DNA of 64,000 nucleotides from Clostridia bacterium (GCA_017396825.1 JAFQKR010000001.1:817-64816); one strand, 5' to 3'. Counted from the stretch's first letter, positions 8,708-19,160 are shown. Numbers and translations: made by a program. Notes: generated by a model not told the origin, from the sequence alone.

Positions 8708-10903
8708 ATGAAAAAACGATTAATACAATTCGCGCTCATGTCGTTTTGCATCTGTTTGCTTCTCGGCACCATCGGCGCCAGCGCCATCACTCCCTATACT
8801 ACCTACACTTATGATGTAAACGGGGAAATGGTAGAAAGCCCCGCCGCTTACGAGCCTAATAAGGTTATAAACGCTAACACCGTTTTGGCGGGTCTTAACA
8901 GCGGTGAAAATGAAAACGCAAGTTCTCGTTATTCCGCATCCGATGCTACTTTCTCCGGTATCAAGGACTTTTGTACCGATGAAGAAGGTTACATCTACAT
9001 TTCCGATTCCGGTAACAACGCAATAAAGGTTTTGGATAAGAATTACAACCTCGACCTTGTTATTAAGACCTTCATTAACGACGACGGCGTTTCTGATTCT
9101 CTTTCCAAACCCAGCGGCATTTTCGTTACCGATACTGAAATCTACGTTGCCGACACAGGTAACTCCAGAGTTGTTATATTCGACAAACGTGGTAATCTCA
9201 GTTGCATCGTTCCCGAACCTTCCAGCGACGTTTTTCCTGAAAACAGCGTATATACTCCTATCGCTGTTGCAGCTGATAAAGCAGGCCGTATCTACGTTGT
9301 TTCTTCAACAACTAACTACGGTGTAATCTCTCTTAACAGAGACGGTTCCTTTAATAACTTTATCGGTCCTCAGAAGGTTTCTTACAATGCTTTTGACCTC
9401 CTTTGGCGTTCCTTTATGTCTGATGCACAGAAGGCGAAAGCAGCAAAACTTGTTCCTACTGAGTATAATAACCTCACCATCGATAAAGAAGGTATACTTT
9501 ATGTAACCACTTCTTCTATTGATGCGGCTAAACAGCAAAGCGCTATAGAATCCCGTTCCAAGTCTCCTGACTACGCACCCGTTAAGAAGCTTAATCCCAA
9601 CGGTAGTGACGTTATGAGCAGAAACGGTTTCTATCCTCCCTCCGGCGAGGTTAAGGTTAACTCAATGCTTACTTCTGAAATTAAGATCTCCGGTGCTTCT
9701 ACCATAGTTGACGTTGCCCTTGGGCCGTCCGGTATGTGGAGCATCATCGACCAGAAGCGTAGCCGTATATTCACCTATGACTCTAACGGTAACCTCTTGT
9801 TTGCCTTTGGTGACATCGGTGAACAGATAGGTCAGGTTGCTGAAGGTTCTCTTACAGCCATTGATTATCAGGGCACCAACCTTCTCGTTCTTGATAAATC
9901 TACTGATACGATTACTGTATACAGAAGAACCCAGTATGGCGATCTTGTTGCAGAAGCACTTCAGAACACCATTGATAATAACTATGAAAAGGCTGTTGAC
10001 TACTACAAACTTATACTTCAGTTTAACGGTAACTACGACAGCGCGTACATCGGTATTGCACAGAGCCTCTATCGCTCCGGCGACTACGAAGGCTCCATGA
10101 AGTATTGTAAGGTTGCTTACGATACCGAGAACTATTCCATTGCATTTGCAGCGCTTCGTAAGGGCTGGATTGAAAAGTACGTTTATCTCATTCCCGTTGT
10201 TCTTGTTGCTTTCTTCTGGTTGCTCAGTAGATTCCTTAAGTACGCTGCAAAGGTTAATAAAGCGGGTATCAAATTTAAGGCCAAGCGTACTTTGAAAGAA
10301 GAGCTTCTTTACGCTTTCCATATTCTTACCCATCCTTTCGATGGTTTCTGGGATCTTAAGCATGAAAAGCGCGGCTCTATTAAGGGCGCAACCGTTCTTC
10401 TTGTTATAACCGTTGTAACCTTTGTATACCAGGCTATGGGTCAGGGTTATCTCTATAACCCTTACTACAAGGGCGTAAACTTTGTACTTACCATATCCTC
10501 TGTTGTACTTCCCGTTGCACTTTGGGTTATTGCAAACTGGGCGCTTACCACCTTGTTTGAAGGCGAAGGCAGTCTTAAGGACGTGTATATTACCACTTGT
10601 TATTCACTCCTTCCGCTTCCTCTCCTCATAATTCCTTCTGTTTTGTTCTCCAATGTGACCGTGCTTGACGAAATGGCACTTGTAAATCTTCTCAGCACCT
10701 TTGCATTTGTTTGGACTGGTATGCTTCTCTTCTTCGGTACCATGGTTATTCACGATTACGGTATCGGTAAGAACGTAATAACAATTGTTGGTACCATTGT
10801 TGGTATGGCATTCATTATGTTTATAGGCATACTTTTCTCCAGCCTTGTTCAGAAGATATTCTCGTTCGGCTACAACATTTACGTTGAGCTGTCACTAAGA
10901 TAG
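8708..10903 (+). CDS. NHL-repeat beta-propeller + TPR + C-terminal YIP1-like multi-TM protein
   Basis: Signal peptide; IYISDSGNNAI and IYVADTGNSRV repeats; TPR-like AYIGIAQSLY; HPFDGFWDLKHEKRGS followed by about 5 TM helices. Confidence 0.8.
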   Translation: MKKRLIQFALMSFCICLLLGTIGASAITPYTTYTYDVNGEMVESPAAYEPNKVINANTVLAGLNSGENENASSRYSASDATFSGIKDFCTDEEGYIYISDSGNNAIKVLDKNYNLDLVIKTFINDDGVSDSLSKPSGIFVTDTEIYVADTGNSRVVIFDKRGNLSCIVPEPSSDVFPENSVYTPIAVAADKAGRIYVVSSTTNYGVISLNRDGSFNNFIGPQKVSYNAFDLLWRSFMSDAQKAKAAKLVPTEYNNLTIDKEGILYVTTSSIDAAKQQSAIESRSKSPDYAPVKKLNPNGSDVMSRNGFYPPSGEVKVNSMLTSEIKISGASTIVDVALGPSGMWSIIDQKRSRIFTYDSNGNLLFAFGDIGEQIGQVAEGSLTAIDYQGTNLLVLDKSTDTITVYRRTQYGDLVAEALQNTIDNNYEKAVDYYKLILQFNGNYDSAYIGIAQSLYRSGDYEGSMKYCKVAYDTENYSIAFAALRKGWIEKYVYLIPVVLVAFFWLLSRFLKYAAKVNKAGIKFKAKRTLKEELLYAFHILTHPFDGFWDLKHEKRGSIKGATVLLVITVVTFVYQAMGQGYLYNPYYKGVNFVLTISSVVLPVALWVIANWALTTLFEGEGSLKDVYITTCYSLLPLPLLIIPSVLFSNVTVLDEMALVNLLSTFAFVWTGMLLFFGTMVIHDYGIGKNVITIVGTIVGMAFIMFIGILFSSLVQKIFSFGYNIYVELSLR

Positions 10904-10920
10904 AAAGGGGGCAACTAAAT

Positions 10921-13809
10921 ATGAAAACTAAATTATTTCGCTTTGCTTCCTTTTTGATTGCAATGCTTCTTTGCGTTCCTTTCCTTTGTTCTGTTTCCGC
11001 TCTTGCAGCTGATGACGAGGAGGAAGTTAATAAGTGGGACGTACTTCAAGCAAAATACACCGACACTCCCTTCAATAGTGTTGAAGACCGTATTTATGCA
11101 GAAGGTCCTGACGCTACCGAGGATTCTGAAAAGAAGGGTTATATCCGTTCTATGTTCCAGATCCTTATTAGCGATGACGGTTATGCTATATATGCCGATG
11201 CAAGCACCGGTGAGATTGTGTGCTTAAAGCTTGCTAAGGATAGTGACGGTAAGTTTTATCCTCATCCTTCCTATGCGGATAAGCCCATCCTTACCCTTAA
11301 TGGTGAAGAGGCTTATATAATGGCATACACCGGTTATTGGTCCACTAACCCTTATACAATTGGTGGTATCAATGCAAACGCTAAGATTAAGGCAGAGCTT
11401 TATTCTCAGGTTAACATAGAGTTTACCGAGAACAATCAGGCTGCTACTTATTACAGCTTTATCGAAGCAGCATTGCTTAACCAGATTAAGGTTAGCAATA
11501 TTAAGAATGGCGCAAGAGTAGAGTACACCATCGGTCAGGAAGCTGTTAAGTACCTCGTACCTCGCTTTATAACCACCGAAAAGTATAACGCTCTTTATGA
11601 AGAGGTTGTAGCAGGCTTGCTTGAAGAATACGCAGGTAACGAAAGCTATGCAAACTTCTACGCAGAAAAGTTTGCACAAGGTTACAAGGAAATAACCAGT
11701 TACTCCACTTCTGATGCAGACTATATTAAGGATTCTATTGACCAGTTTGGCAGTTGTACTCAGTTGAACTCTAAAACCGGTAAGAAGAACACCTTACTTA
11801 TAGAAGAGTACCTTAAAAAGTACACTGACTACTCTTATGAACAGCTTGATGCTGACCACGATGAAACCGGCTACGTTGCAACCGATAAGGACCCCGCAGT
11901 TTTCAAAATGGCGATAGAATACACTGTTGACGATCAGGGCCTTGTTGTTCGTTGCGTTGCAGGTAACATTCGTTTCGACTCCGGCGTTTATAAGCTTTCT
12001 AACGTTTACTTGCTTCCTTATGCAGGTGCAGGTAATACTAATAACGAAGGCTACGCCCTCTATCCCGATGGATCCGGTTCAATAATCGACTTTGCCGGCA
12101 CCAAGGGCAAGACCTTTATTACAACCACCACTGCTTACGGTCAGGACTATTCTTATTCCACCATTTCCGGCGCTAATAATGAAGTAGCAAGACTTCCCGT
12201 ATTCGGTATGGTTGAAAAGGAAACAAAGGCTGACGGCTCTGCTTCTACCCGCGGTTATCTCGCTTACGTTGAAGAGGGTGAGTCTCTTGCGAACATAACT
12301 CTTAAGGCTTCCGGTGCTACCCACCTTTACCTTCAGACTTATACCGCATTTAACCCTCGTCCTAAGGACACTTACAGCTTGAGCGGCGGTATATCCACCG
12401 GTGCAGATGCAATGTGGACTGTTGAATCCAAGAGAAAGTATACTAAGAATTATAAGCTTAGAATATTCATTCTTGAGGAAGGCAACTCTTCTTATTCTGC
12501 AATGGCAGAAATGCTTCGAGACTACCTTATCTCTAAGGGAACTATTAAGGATCCTGCAAAGGTAGCTGAAGAGCACAAGGATGGCAATAAGGATATTCCT
12601 CTTGTTCTTGAGACCCTTGGAGCAATCAAGTCTTCTAAGCGTGTGCTTGGCGTACCTGTTTCTACAATGAAGGCCCTTACCTCCTTCAGTGACATTCAGA
12701 CTTCTATTGTTGATAAACTTAAGAAGCCCGCTAAAGAGGATATTGACCCTATCGAGAACATCGTTGTTAAGCTTAACGGTTGGCTTGATGGCGGTTTGAC
12801 CTATGACGTTCCTACCGGTGTTGAGATCGAAGACGCTTTGGGCGGCGCAAGCGGATTCAAGAAGCTTATCGCATACTGCAAAGAGAACGGCATCGAACTT
12901 TATCCCGACTTTGACTTTACTTATTCCCGTAAAGACTCCATGTTCGACGATTTCGATCCCGACGAGGATCTTGCACGCACTATTGATGACAGAAAAGCGT
13001 ACAAGAAGGAATACTATCCTATCTTCCAATCTTATGATTATAGCGGTCTTGGTGTAATCTCTGCTAACAGAATGATGAGACTTTACGATAAGACCTATGC
13101 GGATTATAAGAAATACGACGTTGGCGCTATTTCCGTTTCCACTCTCGGTCAGTATCTTAACTCCGACTTTAACCCTGATAATCCTCTTAATAGAGAAGAT
13201 GCTAAGGTTCTTATCGACAGACTTCTCGGTAAGGTCAGCGAAGAAAACGGTGATGTTATGCTTTCCGGCGGTAACATCTTCTCCGTTAAGTATGCAGACT
13301 ATATACTTGATATGCCTCTTGAGGACTCCAAGTTTAAGTATGCAACCGCTTCCATACCTTTTGTAAGCATGGTTCTTCACGGTTCCGTTGAATACGCAGG
13401 TACAGCACTCAACCTTTCCGGTGACTTCCAGAACGCAGTTCTTAAGTACATCGAAAACGGTGCTATTCCTTATTTCGTAGTAGCGGTTCAAAACACCTCT
13501 GAGCTTAAGAATGACCCTGATTATTCCAAGTACTATTCCGTAAGATACAGCATTTGGCAGCAGGATATTTACGACACCTATAACCGCATGAACTCGGCTC
13601 TCAGTGACGTAAGATTCGAGACCATTGCTTCTCACGAGTTTATAGACTCCGGCAATTCCGTTGCAAAGGTTATTTACAGCAACGGCGTATCCTTCGTTAT
13701 CAATCACCTTGATAAGGCTTACACTTATTATGACAACGGCGAGGTTCACACCGTTGCGGCTAAGAGCTTCATCAAGTTTGATGCTGAAGGTAATATAGTA
13801 AAGATTTAG
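10921..13809 (+). CDS. Large secreted DUF5696-like protein
   Basis: Signal peptide; PDGSGSII, LPVFGM and IPFVSMVLHGSVEY motifs; position between the YIP1 protein and the second permease pair. Confidence 0.72.
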   Translation: MKTKLFRFASFLIAMLLCVPFLCSVSALAADDEEEVNKWDVLQAKYTDTPFNSVEDRIYAEGPDATEDSEKKGYIRSMFQILISDDGYAIYADASTGEIVCLKLAKDSDGKFYPHPSYADKPILTLNGEEAYIMAYTGYWSTNPYTIGGINANAKIKAELYSQVNIEFTENNQAATYYSFIEAALLNQIKVSNIKNGARVEYTIGQEAVKYLVPRFITTEKYNALYEEVVAGLLEEYAGNESYANFYAEKFAQGYKEITSYSTSDADYIKDSIDQFGSCTQLNSKTGKKNTLLIEEYLKKYTDYSYEQLDADHDETGYVATDKDPAVFKMAIEYTVDDQGLVVRCVAGNIRFDSGVYKLSNVYLLPYAGAGNTNNEGYALYPDGSGSIIDFAGTKGKTFITTTTAYGQDYSYSTISGANNEVARLPVFGMVEKETKADGSASTRGYLAYVEEGESLANITLKASGATHLYLQTYTAFNPRPKDTYSLSGGISTGADAMWTVESKRKYTKNYKLRIFILEEGNSSYSAMAEMLRDYLISKGTIKDPAKVAEEHKDGNKDIPLVLETLGAIKSSKRVLGVPVSTMKALTSFSDIQTSIVDKLKKPAKEDIDPIENIVVKLNGWLDGGLTYDVPTGVEIEDALGGASGFKKLIAYCKENGIELYPDFDFTYSRKDSMFDDFDPDEDLARTIDDRKAYKKEYYPIFQSYDYSGLGVISANRMMRLYDKTYADYKKYDVGAISVSTLGQYLNSDFNPDNPLNREDAKVLIDRLLGKVSEENGDVMLSGGNIFSVKYADYILDMPLEDSKFKYATASIPFVSMVLHGSVEYAGTALNLSGDFQNAVLKYIENGAIPYFVVAVQNTSELKNDPDYSKYYSVRYSIWQQDIYDTYNRMNSALSDVRFETIASHEFIDSGNSVAKVIYSNGVSFVINHLDKAYTYYDNGEVHTVAAKSFIKFDAEGNIVKI

Positions 13810-13827
13810 GGGAGGGAGTAAAGAAAA

Positions 13828-14796
13828 ATGACAGGTAACAATTCAGTCCCCGCCGTAAAGAAAAGAAAAGCAAAATCTCTTGATAAGAAAAAGGCTAAAA
13901 TGGGTTACGTCTTTGTCCTTCCGTTTATACTGGGCTTTTTCGTAATCTATCTTCCCATGATCGTTGAATCTATAAGAATCAGTTTCAGCGAGATTAAGCC
14001 TAACCTTACAGGCGTTGGCAGTTCTATACTGTACGAAAACGTTGGCTTTAAGAACTATTCTTATGCGTTGTTTGAGGATACAGAGTTTGTTAAGACTCTT
14101 ATCACTAATCTTAAAGATTTGGTTCTTGATGTTCCTGCAATCGTAATATTCTCTCTGTTCCTTGCAATTATTCTTAATCAGAAGATGCACGGCAGAGCAA
14201 TATTCAGAGCAATATTCTTTATTCCCGTTATCGTTTCTACCGGTATTATCGAGTACATCGATATGAAAAACGTTTTGTCCGAGACCATGGGCAGCACCTC
14301 CATTGGCGGTGATGGCGGTCAGGCAGCGCAGACCGGTACTGAAATTCTTAACACGATGGACGTTCAAAAGTTCTTCGCAAGTATGCAGGTTGGTCAAGGC
14401 CTTGTTGAGTACGTAACCGGTCTTGTTAATGATGTTTATGATATAGTTAACAGATCCGGCGTTCAGATGCTCATATTCCTCGCAGGTTTGCAGTCCATCT
14501 CTCCTGCCATTTACGAATCTGCTTACATGGAAGGCGCTACTTCTTGGGAAACCTTCTGGAAGATTACCTTCCCCATGATAAGCCCCATGATACTCGTAAA
14601 CGCAATATACACGATAATCGACGCATTTACTACCGAAACTAACGGCGTTATGACTCGTATTTCTTATGTAAATGATAACTCCAGCATGCCTCATGCAATG
14701 GCGATGTCGTGGATATACTTCCTCGTTGTTATACTGATAATTGCGCTTGTTGCAGGTATTATCTCAGCATACGTATTTTATCAGCGCAGAGACTAA
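13828..14796 (+). CDS. Carbohydrate ABC transporter permease (MalF-like)
   Basis: FRAIFFIP; LAGLQSISPAIYESAYMEGA; KITFP. Confidence 0.93.
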   Translation: MTGNNSVPAVKKRKAKSLDKKKAKMGYVFVLPFILGFFVIYLPMIVESIRISFSEIKPNLTGVGSSILYENVGFKNYSYALFEDTEFVKTLITNLKDLVLDVPAIVIFSLFLAIILNQKMHGRAIFRAIFFIPVIVSTGIIEYIDMKNVLSETMGSTSIGGDGGQAAQTGTEILNTMDVQKFFASMQVGQGLVEYVTGLVNDVYDIVNRSGVQMLIFLAGLQSISPAIYESAYMEGATSWETFWKITFPMISPMILVNAIYTIIDAFTTETNGVMTRISYVNDNSSMPHAMAMSWIYFLVVILIIALVAGIISAYVFYQRRD

Positions 14797-14814
14797 GAAA
14801 GGAGGCATTGATTT

Positions 14815-15831
14815 ATGGATTCTTTTGAAAGACCTACATTTGGCAAACAAAAAATTCAATTTGATGACAGTGCTTCCAAGTGGACACGTTTTAGGTATAA
14901 ATACCTGACTCTGTTTGCTTTAAAAAAGGTGGTTTGGGCGTTCTTTAGATACGCATTCCTTATTGGTATATCTTACGTAATACTTTTCCCGTACTACTCT
15001 AAGATATCAACCTCCTTTATGTCCGGTGAGGACTTGGTTGACGTTACAGTTAAGCTTGTTCCTAAGTATCCTACTCTTGATACTTACAGAATAATTTTTA
15101 ACGAAACGGAGTTTTGGGCGGCACTTAAAAACACGGCTATACTGTCCTTGTTCTGTGCTGTTATCCAAATGATCGTCTGCTCTCTTGTTGGTTACGGTCT
15201 TTCCAAGTTTAAGTTCAAAGGTCAAACGCTTTTGTTTGCCTGTGTTATACTTACCTTGGTTATCCCCCACAAGACTTTGCAGTCCACTATGAAGCTCTTC
15301 TTCCAAGACTTCAACATTTGGGGCCTTATTCCTATCGGCAACCTTATCAATCCTTCGACCCACTGGCCCATGGCAATGCTTTCCATAGGCGCGATAGGTT
15401 ACAGAAACGGTCTTTACATATTCATGATGCGTCAGTTCTTTAAGGGCGTTCCCGATGAACTTGAAGAGGCAGCGTATGTTGACGGTGCAGGCGTTATGAA
15501 GACCTTCTGGAAGATCATAGTACCTATGTCCGTTCCTATGATGGTAACAGTATTTATCTTCTCCTTCTCTTGGCAGTGGACTGATAAATTCTACACCAAG
15601 ATGCTTTACAACCCCAAGGAATTCGTATTCTTCCAGAACATCGTTGATAAGCTTCCTCAGGCAGAGTCCGTTGAAAAGCTTATGACCGAGTATTCTTCCG
15701 TTGAAACACAGTACCTTGCGGCTATGCAGAACGCTATCGGTCTTTTGGTTCTTATTCCTCTTATCATTGTATTCCTCTTCGGTCAGAAGAAGCTTATACA
15801 AGGTATCGAAAGAACCGGTGTTACCGGCTAA
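14815..15831 (+). CDS. Carbohydrate ABC transporter permease (MalG-like)
   Basis: MRQFFKGVPDELEEAAYVDGAG; C-terminal IQGIERTG. Confidence 0.93.
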   Translation: MDSFERPTFGKQKIQFDDSASKWTRFRYKYLTLFALKKVVWAFFRYAFLIGISYVILFPYYSKISTSFMSGEDLVDVTVKLVPKYPTLDTYRIIFNETEFWAALKNTAILSLFCAVIQMIVCSLVGYGLSKFKFKGQTLLFACVILTLVIPHKTLQSTMKLFFQDFNIWGLIPIGNLINPSTHWPMAMLSIGAIGYRNGLYIFMMRQFFKGVPDELEEAAYVDGAGVMKTFWKIIVPMSVPMMVTVFIFSFSWQWTDKFYTKMLYNPKEFVFFQNIVDKLPQAESVEKLMTEYSSVETQYLAAMQNAIGLLVLIPLIIVFLFGQKKLIQGIERTGVTG

Positions 15832-15851
15832 TATCAGTACACCCGATATAA

Positions 15852-15881
15852 AAAAGTGCTTGGCGATCGCCAAGCACTTTT
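15852..15881. terminator. Bidirectional terminator between convergent operons
   Basis: Perfect 30-bp palindrome AAAAGTGCTTGGCGATCGCCAAGCACTTTT with A/T tracts on both sides. Confidence 0.85.
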
Positions 15882-15889
15882 CTTTATTT

Positions 15890-16147
15890 TCAGTTGTTTT
15901 TTGAAGGTAGCTCCGTAAGTCTTACCAGTATCGCGTCGTCACCAATTCGCTCAATACAGTGCCACGGAATATATAAAGTATTTTTGTTTCCGAACATAGA
16001 AAAAAACGATGAGCTGTTTTGCATTATAAGCCTTAATATTCTGCCGCTTTGGGTATCAAATTCCAAGTCGCTTACAAAGCCCAGTTGTTTTCCGTTGCAA
16101 ACGTTTATTACGGCCTTTTCTTTTAACTTGCAAAATGTACTAACCAT
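15890..16147 (-). CDS. YlmC/YmxH family sporulation protein (PRC barrel)
   Basis: LKEKAVINVCNGKQLGFVSDLEFD...IPWHCIERIGDDAILV. Confidence 0.9.
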   Translation of the reverse strand: MVSTFCKLKEKAVINVCNGKQLGFVSDLEFDTQSGRILRLIMQNSSSFFSMFGNKNTLYIPWHCIERIGDDAILVRLTELPSKNN

Positions 16148-16151
16148 AGCA

Positions 16152-17627
16152 TTAAAGCAAAATGCAGATGAGACCGCCGCTGCCTTCGTTTATTATCCTT
16201 TGCAGCGTTTCCGAAAGTTTTGCACGTGCGTCCTCGGGCATATGTTCAAGCTTTGTTGTAAGTCCTTCCTCCACAAGCTCGTATAAGGTCTTACCGAACA
16301 TATTTGTCTCCCACAGCTTTGCCGGATCTTCCTCAAACTCTTTAAGCATAAACTTTACAAGCTCTTCTGATTGGGTCTCACTGCCTACTATGGGGCTTAC
16401 TTCTGTCTTTATGTCAGCCTTTATCATGTGTATGGAAGGCGCTGAAGCCTTTAGTTTCACTCCGTAACCACCGGGCTGTTTTACTATTTCCGGTTCTTCA
16501 AGAGTAAGATCCTCTTTATCGGGAGTAACTATGCCGTATCCGGTGGAATTAACGCTTTCAAGGGCGTCTTTAATTTTATCGTAGTTTTTCTTGACCGACG
16601 CCAGTTCTGTTATTGTACGGGCAAGACTGCGCTCGTCGTGAATATCAAAACCGCCTGTCTCGCCCAGTATTGAATAAAAGACATGGTTGGGAACGGTTAT
16701 GGCAATTTTTCCGCATCCATCGCCCAAAGATAGAGAAAGTGTTTCTGCCGTTATAATTCCATCTTCACCTTCCGGTGCAGAAAATGCATTCTTTACGTCT
16801 CCGATAAGCTTAACGTTACCTGCCGTCTGTCTGACATATCCGTTTATTCTTTTTCTAAGCGGATGGTCGCTTTCCAAAACCTCAGCCCATTCGGGAGTAT
16901 ATACCTTCAGCTCTTTGACCGGGAAACGATACAATACAGCTTTAAGTATGTCCTTTATTTCGCTTTCGCCTATTTCAATGCAGTTCAGGGGTAAAACGGT
17001 AGCTTTGTAATTTTTTTCCATTTCCTTCGCTAAATCCAAGGTGTATTGACTGCGAGGGTTAGCCGAGTTAAGAACTATGACAAAGGGCTTGCCCAATTGA
17101 TTAAGTTCCGATGCAACACGTTTTTCTGCTGCAATGTAATTCTCACGGGGGATTTCGCTTATACTGCCGTCAGTGGTAACCATAATGCCGATTGTCGCGT
17201 GTTCGGTTATTACCTTGCGTGTACCTGTTTCTGCGGCTTCTTCAAACGGCACGCTTTCCTTCGCCCAAGGAGTCATAACCATCCTCGGTGCCCCGTTTTC
17301 AGTGTGTCCCAATGCTCCGTCTACCAAATATCCTACACAGTCGACCATTTTAACGTTAAAGGAAACGTTGTCATCTAGTTGAACCTTTACCGCTTCCTCG
17401 GGTATGAATTTTGGTTCCGTAGTCATTACCGTTCTTCCGGAGGCAGACTGGGGCATTTCGTCTCTTGCTCTTTCCTTAACGTTACCGTTGTCGATATTTG
17501 GCAACACCAAATGCTCCATCACTTGCTTAAGTAAGGTCGATTTTCCCGTCCTTACGGGCCCTACTACCCCTATGTAGATGTCTCCGCCCGTTCGTTCCGC
17601 TATATCTTTATAGATACTGTTTTCCAT
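16152..17627 (-). CDS. spoIVA: Stage IV sporulation protein A
   Basis: IYKDIAERTGGDIYIGVVGPVRTGKST, TTEPKFIP, C-terminal INEGSGGLICILL; ATG 17627 preceded by GGAGG. Confidence 0.98.
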   Translation of the reverse strand: MENSIYKDIAERTGGDIYIGVVGPVRTGKSTLLKQVMEHLVLPNIDNGNVKERARDEMPQSASGRTVMTTEPKFIPEEAVKVQLDDNVSFNVKMVDCVGYLVDGALGHTENGAPRMVMTPWAKESVPFEEAAETGTRKVITEHATIGIMVTTDGSISEIPRENYIAAEKRVASELNQLGKPFVIVLNSANPRSQYTLDLAKEMEKNYKATVLPLNCIEIGESEIKDILKAVLYRFPVKELKVYTPEWAEVLESDHPLRKRINGYVRQTAGNVKLIGDVKNAFSAPEGEDGIITAETLSLSLGDGCGKIAITVPNHVFYSILGETGGFDIHDERSLARTITELASVKKNYDKIKDALESVNSTGYGIVTPDKEDLTLEEPEIVKQPGGYGVKLKASAPSIHMIKADIKTEVSPIVGSETQSEELVKFMLKEFEEDPAKLWETNMFGKTLYELVEEGLTTKLEHMPEDARAKLSETLQRIINEGSGGLICILL

Positions 17628-17656
17628 AAAACCCTCCACTGGTGCTTTTTTATTCT

Positions 17657-17685
17657 ATCCTATGCCATAATCACTTTGAATATGA
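17657..17685 (-). promoter_or_regulatory. SigE-type promoter of spoIVA
   Basis: Minus strand TCATATT-N14-CATAGGAT matches the SigE consensus; spoIVA is SigE-dependent in B. subtilis. Confidence 0.7.
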
Positions 17686-17767
17686 CGGTTTAAACGGAAA
17701 AACGGGTAGTGGCTTTGAACTTTAATAAAAAATCAGGTCTTCCAAACCCGGAAAACCTGATACTTTA

Positions 17768-18823
17768 TTATTTGTTGTTGCTTTGGAAACTGTTATGCGC
17801 GTTAAGGACCGAGCTTTGGGGTAAGAGACAGTTGTTGTAAATTCTCAAAAAATTACCAAGGTCCTTGTGCGGAGCGGTGGTGTCAATGCTCAAAGAGTAA
17901 TAAAGCTTTTGCTTTGCACCTCCTATAACTGTAATATTTCCGCAGTTGATCCTTGAATTACTTATTACCGCAACGTACGCTTCTGCCTTTTCTACAAAGG
18001 ATTTTGCCGTTTCCTCGCTATGGATGGTAACGGTGTAGCTGATAAGGGGCAGTAAGGTCGAAGGGTCTTTAAAGGAAATTTTAACTCCATCAAAGTTTCG
18101 TTCTTCGGGGGTTACCGTAAAGCTCTCGGTAGGGAAAGCGGCTCTTAGGATTTTGCTTATCTCGATAGCTTTACCAAGCCCTGCATAATTTACAGCGTGA
18201 TGACCAAAGGTATCGGTAACGCTGCTTTTGTAAACAAAGCTACCTTTATCTACGGTTCCCACAATGGCAGCGTCACAGGCGTAATATTTGCCTTTGGGAT
18301 TATAGTATGTCTTCCCAATGTCCAACTCGCCCTCTGTGAAGTTTTCTTTAGCGTAAGCGCCAATTTTGTTTTCAGCGTTAAGAAAGTCCATTGGAGTTCC
18401 GTTAACGGTAAAGGTGCAAAGAGTAGCGGCTATAACAAGCAGCGCGGAAAGGGAAGTAAATACCGCGCGTGATTTTTTGCCCTTCTCGGCTTTTGTCAAA
18501 AGGTAGCAGGCGAGGGATGTAAGGGCGGAAATCAGTAATGCCCAAAAGGCAATATTCAAAGCGTAGCCCCCAAAAACCTCGGGATATTTCAAAGGGACGT
18601 CTTTCGCAAAGCAAAAGAAGTAGGTCAACGCGAAAAACATAACAGGTGGGTAATAATATTTCTTGCATATTAGAGTAGGGATGGCGGTAAATAAAACTAT
18701 AAAGGGAAGTGTGGTTAAAAATCCGTTGGTCGGAATAAATAAAGCAGAGCCTATACTGGCACAGATAACACCGAATATAACGGAGCCATTGTTGGTTTTT
18801 AAAAGGTTGTAAAGTTTACGCAT
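17768..18823 (-). CDS. Hypothetical membrane protein (about 5 N-terminal TM helices plus a soluble C-terminal domain)
   Basis: 351-aa ORF with hydrophobic N-terminal half; 13 nt downstream of the RNHCP gene. Confidence 0.75.
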   Translation of the reverse strand: MRKLYNLLKTNNGSVIFGVICASIGSALFIPTNGFLTTLPFIVLFTAIPTLICKKYYYPPVMFFALTYFFCFAKDVPLKYPEVFGGYALNIAFWALLISALTSLACYLLTKAEKGKKSRAVFTSLSALLVIAATLCTFTVNGTPMDFLNAENKIGAYAKENFTEGELDIGKTYYNPKGKYYACDAAIVGTVDKGSFVYKSSVTDTFGHHAVNYAGLGKAIEISKILRAAFPTESFTVTPEERNFDGVKISFKDPSTLLPLISYTVTIHSEETAKSFVEKAEAYVAVISNSRINCGNITVIGGAKQKLYYSLSIDTTAPHKDLGNFLRIYNNCLLPQSSVLNAHNSFQSNNK

Positions 18824-18836
18824 GGTGGAAGCCTTT

Positions 18837-19160
18837 CTAACGCTTGGGAATGTTGAAGGGGTTTGTATATTTTATAAGCAGTCCAACGTCGTCATCTGCG
18901 GCGCAACGATTGTTGCCAACCTTTCCGCACGCAGAACACTTGTGGGTGATTATATATCCTTGTTTGGAATGGGGGGTAACAGCTATCGGATACATTATCC
19001 CCATACATTCACAGGCTCTGTCTCCCGGGTTTACGTCAACGTGCAGAGATGCAAGACAAAAGGGGCAGTGGTTGCGTGAACTGTAACCCAGTGGAGGCAC
19101 CTGCTTGCCGCAGGCTTTGCAAATAAATGCGTTGTCATTTTTTGTAAAAACCTTAGCCAT
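18837..19160 (-). CDS. RNHCP domain zinc-binding protein
   Basis: FICKACG...SRNHCPFCLASLHVDVNPGDRACEC...HKCSACG. Confidence 0.9.
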   Translation of the reverse strand: MAKVFTKNDNAFICKACGKQVPPLGYSSRNHCPFCLASLHVDVNPGDRACECMGIMYPIAVTPHSKQGYIITHKCSACGKVGNNRCAADDDVGLLIKYTNPFNIPKR

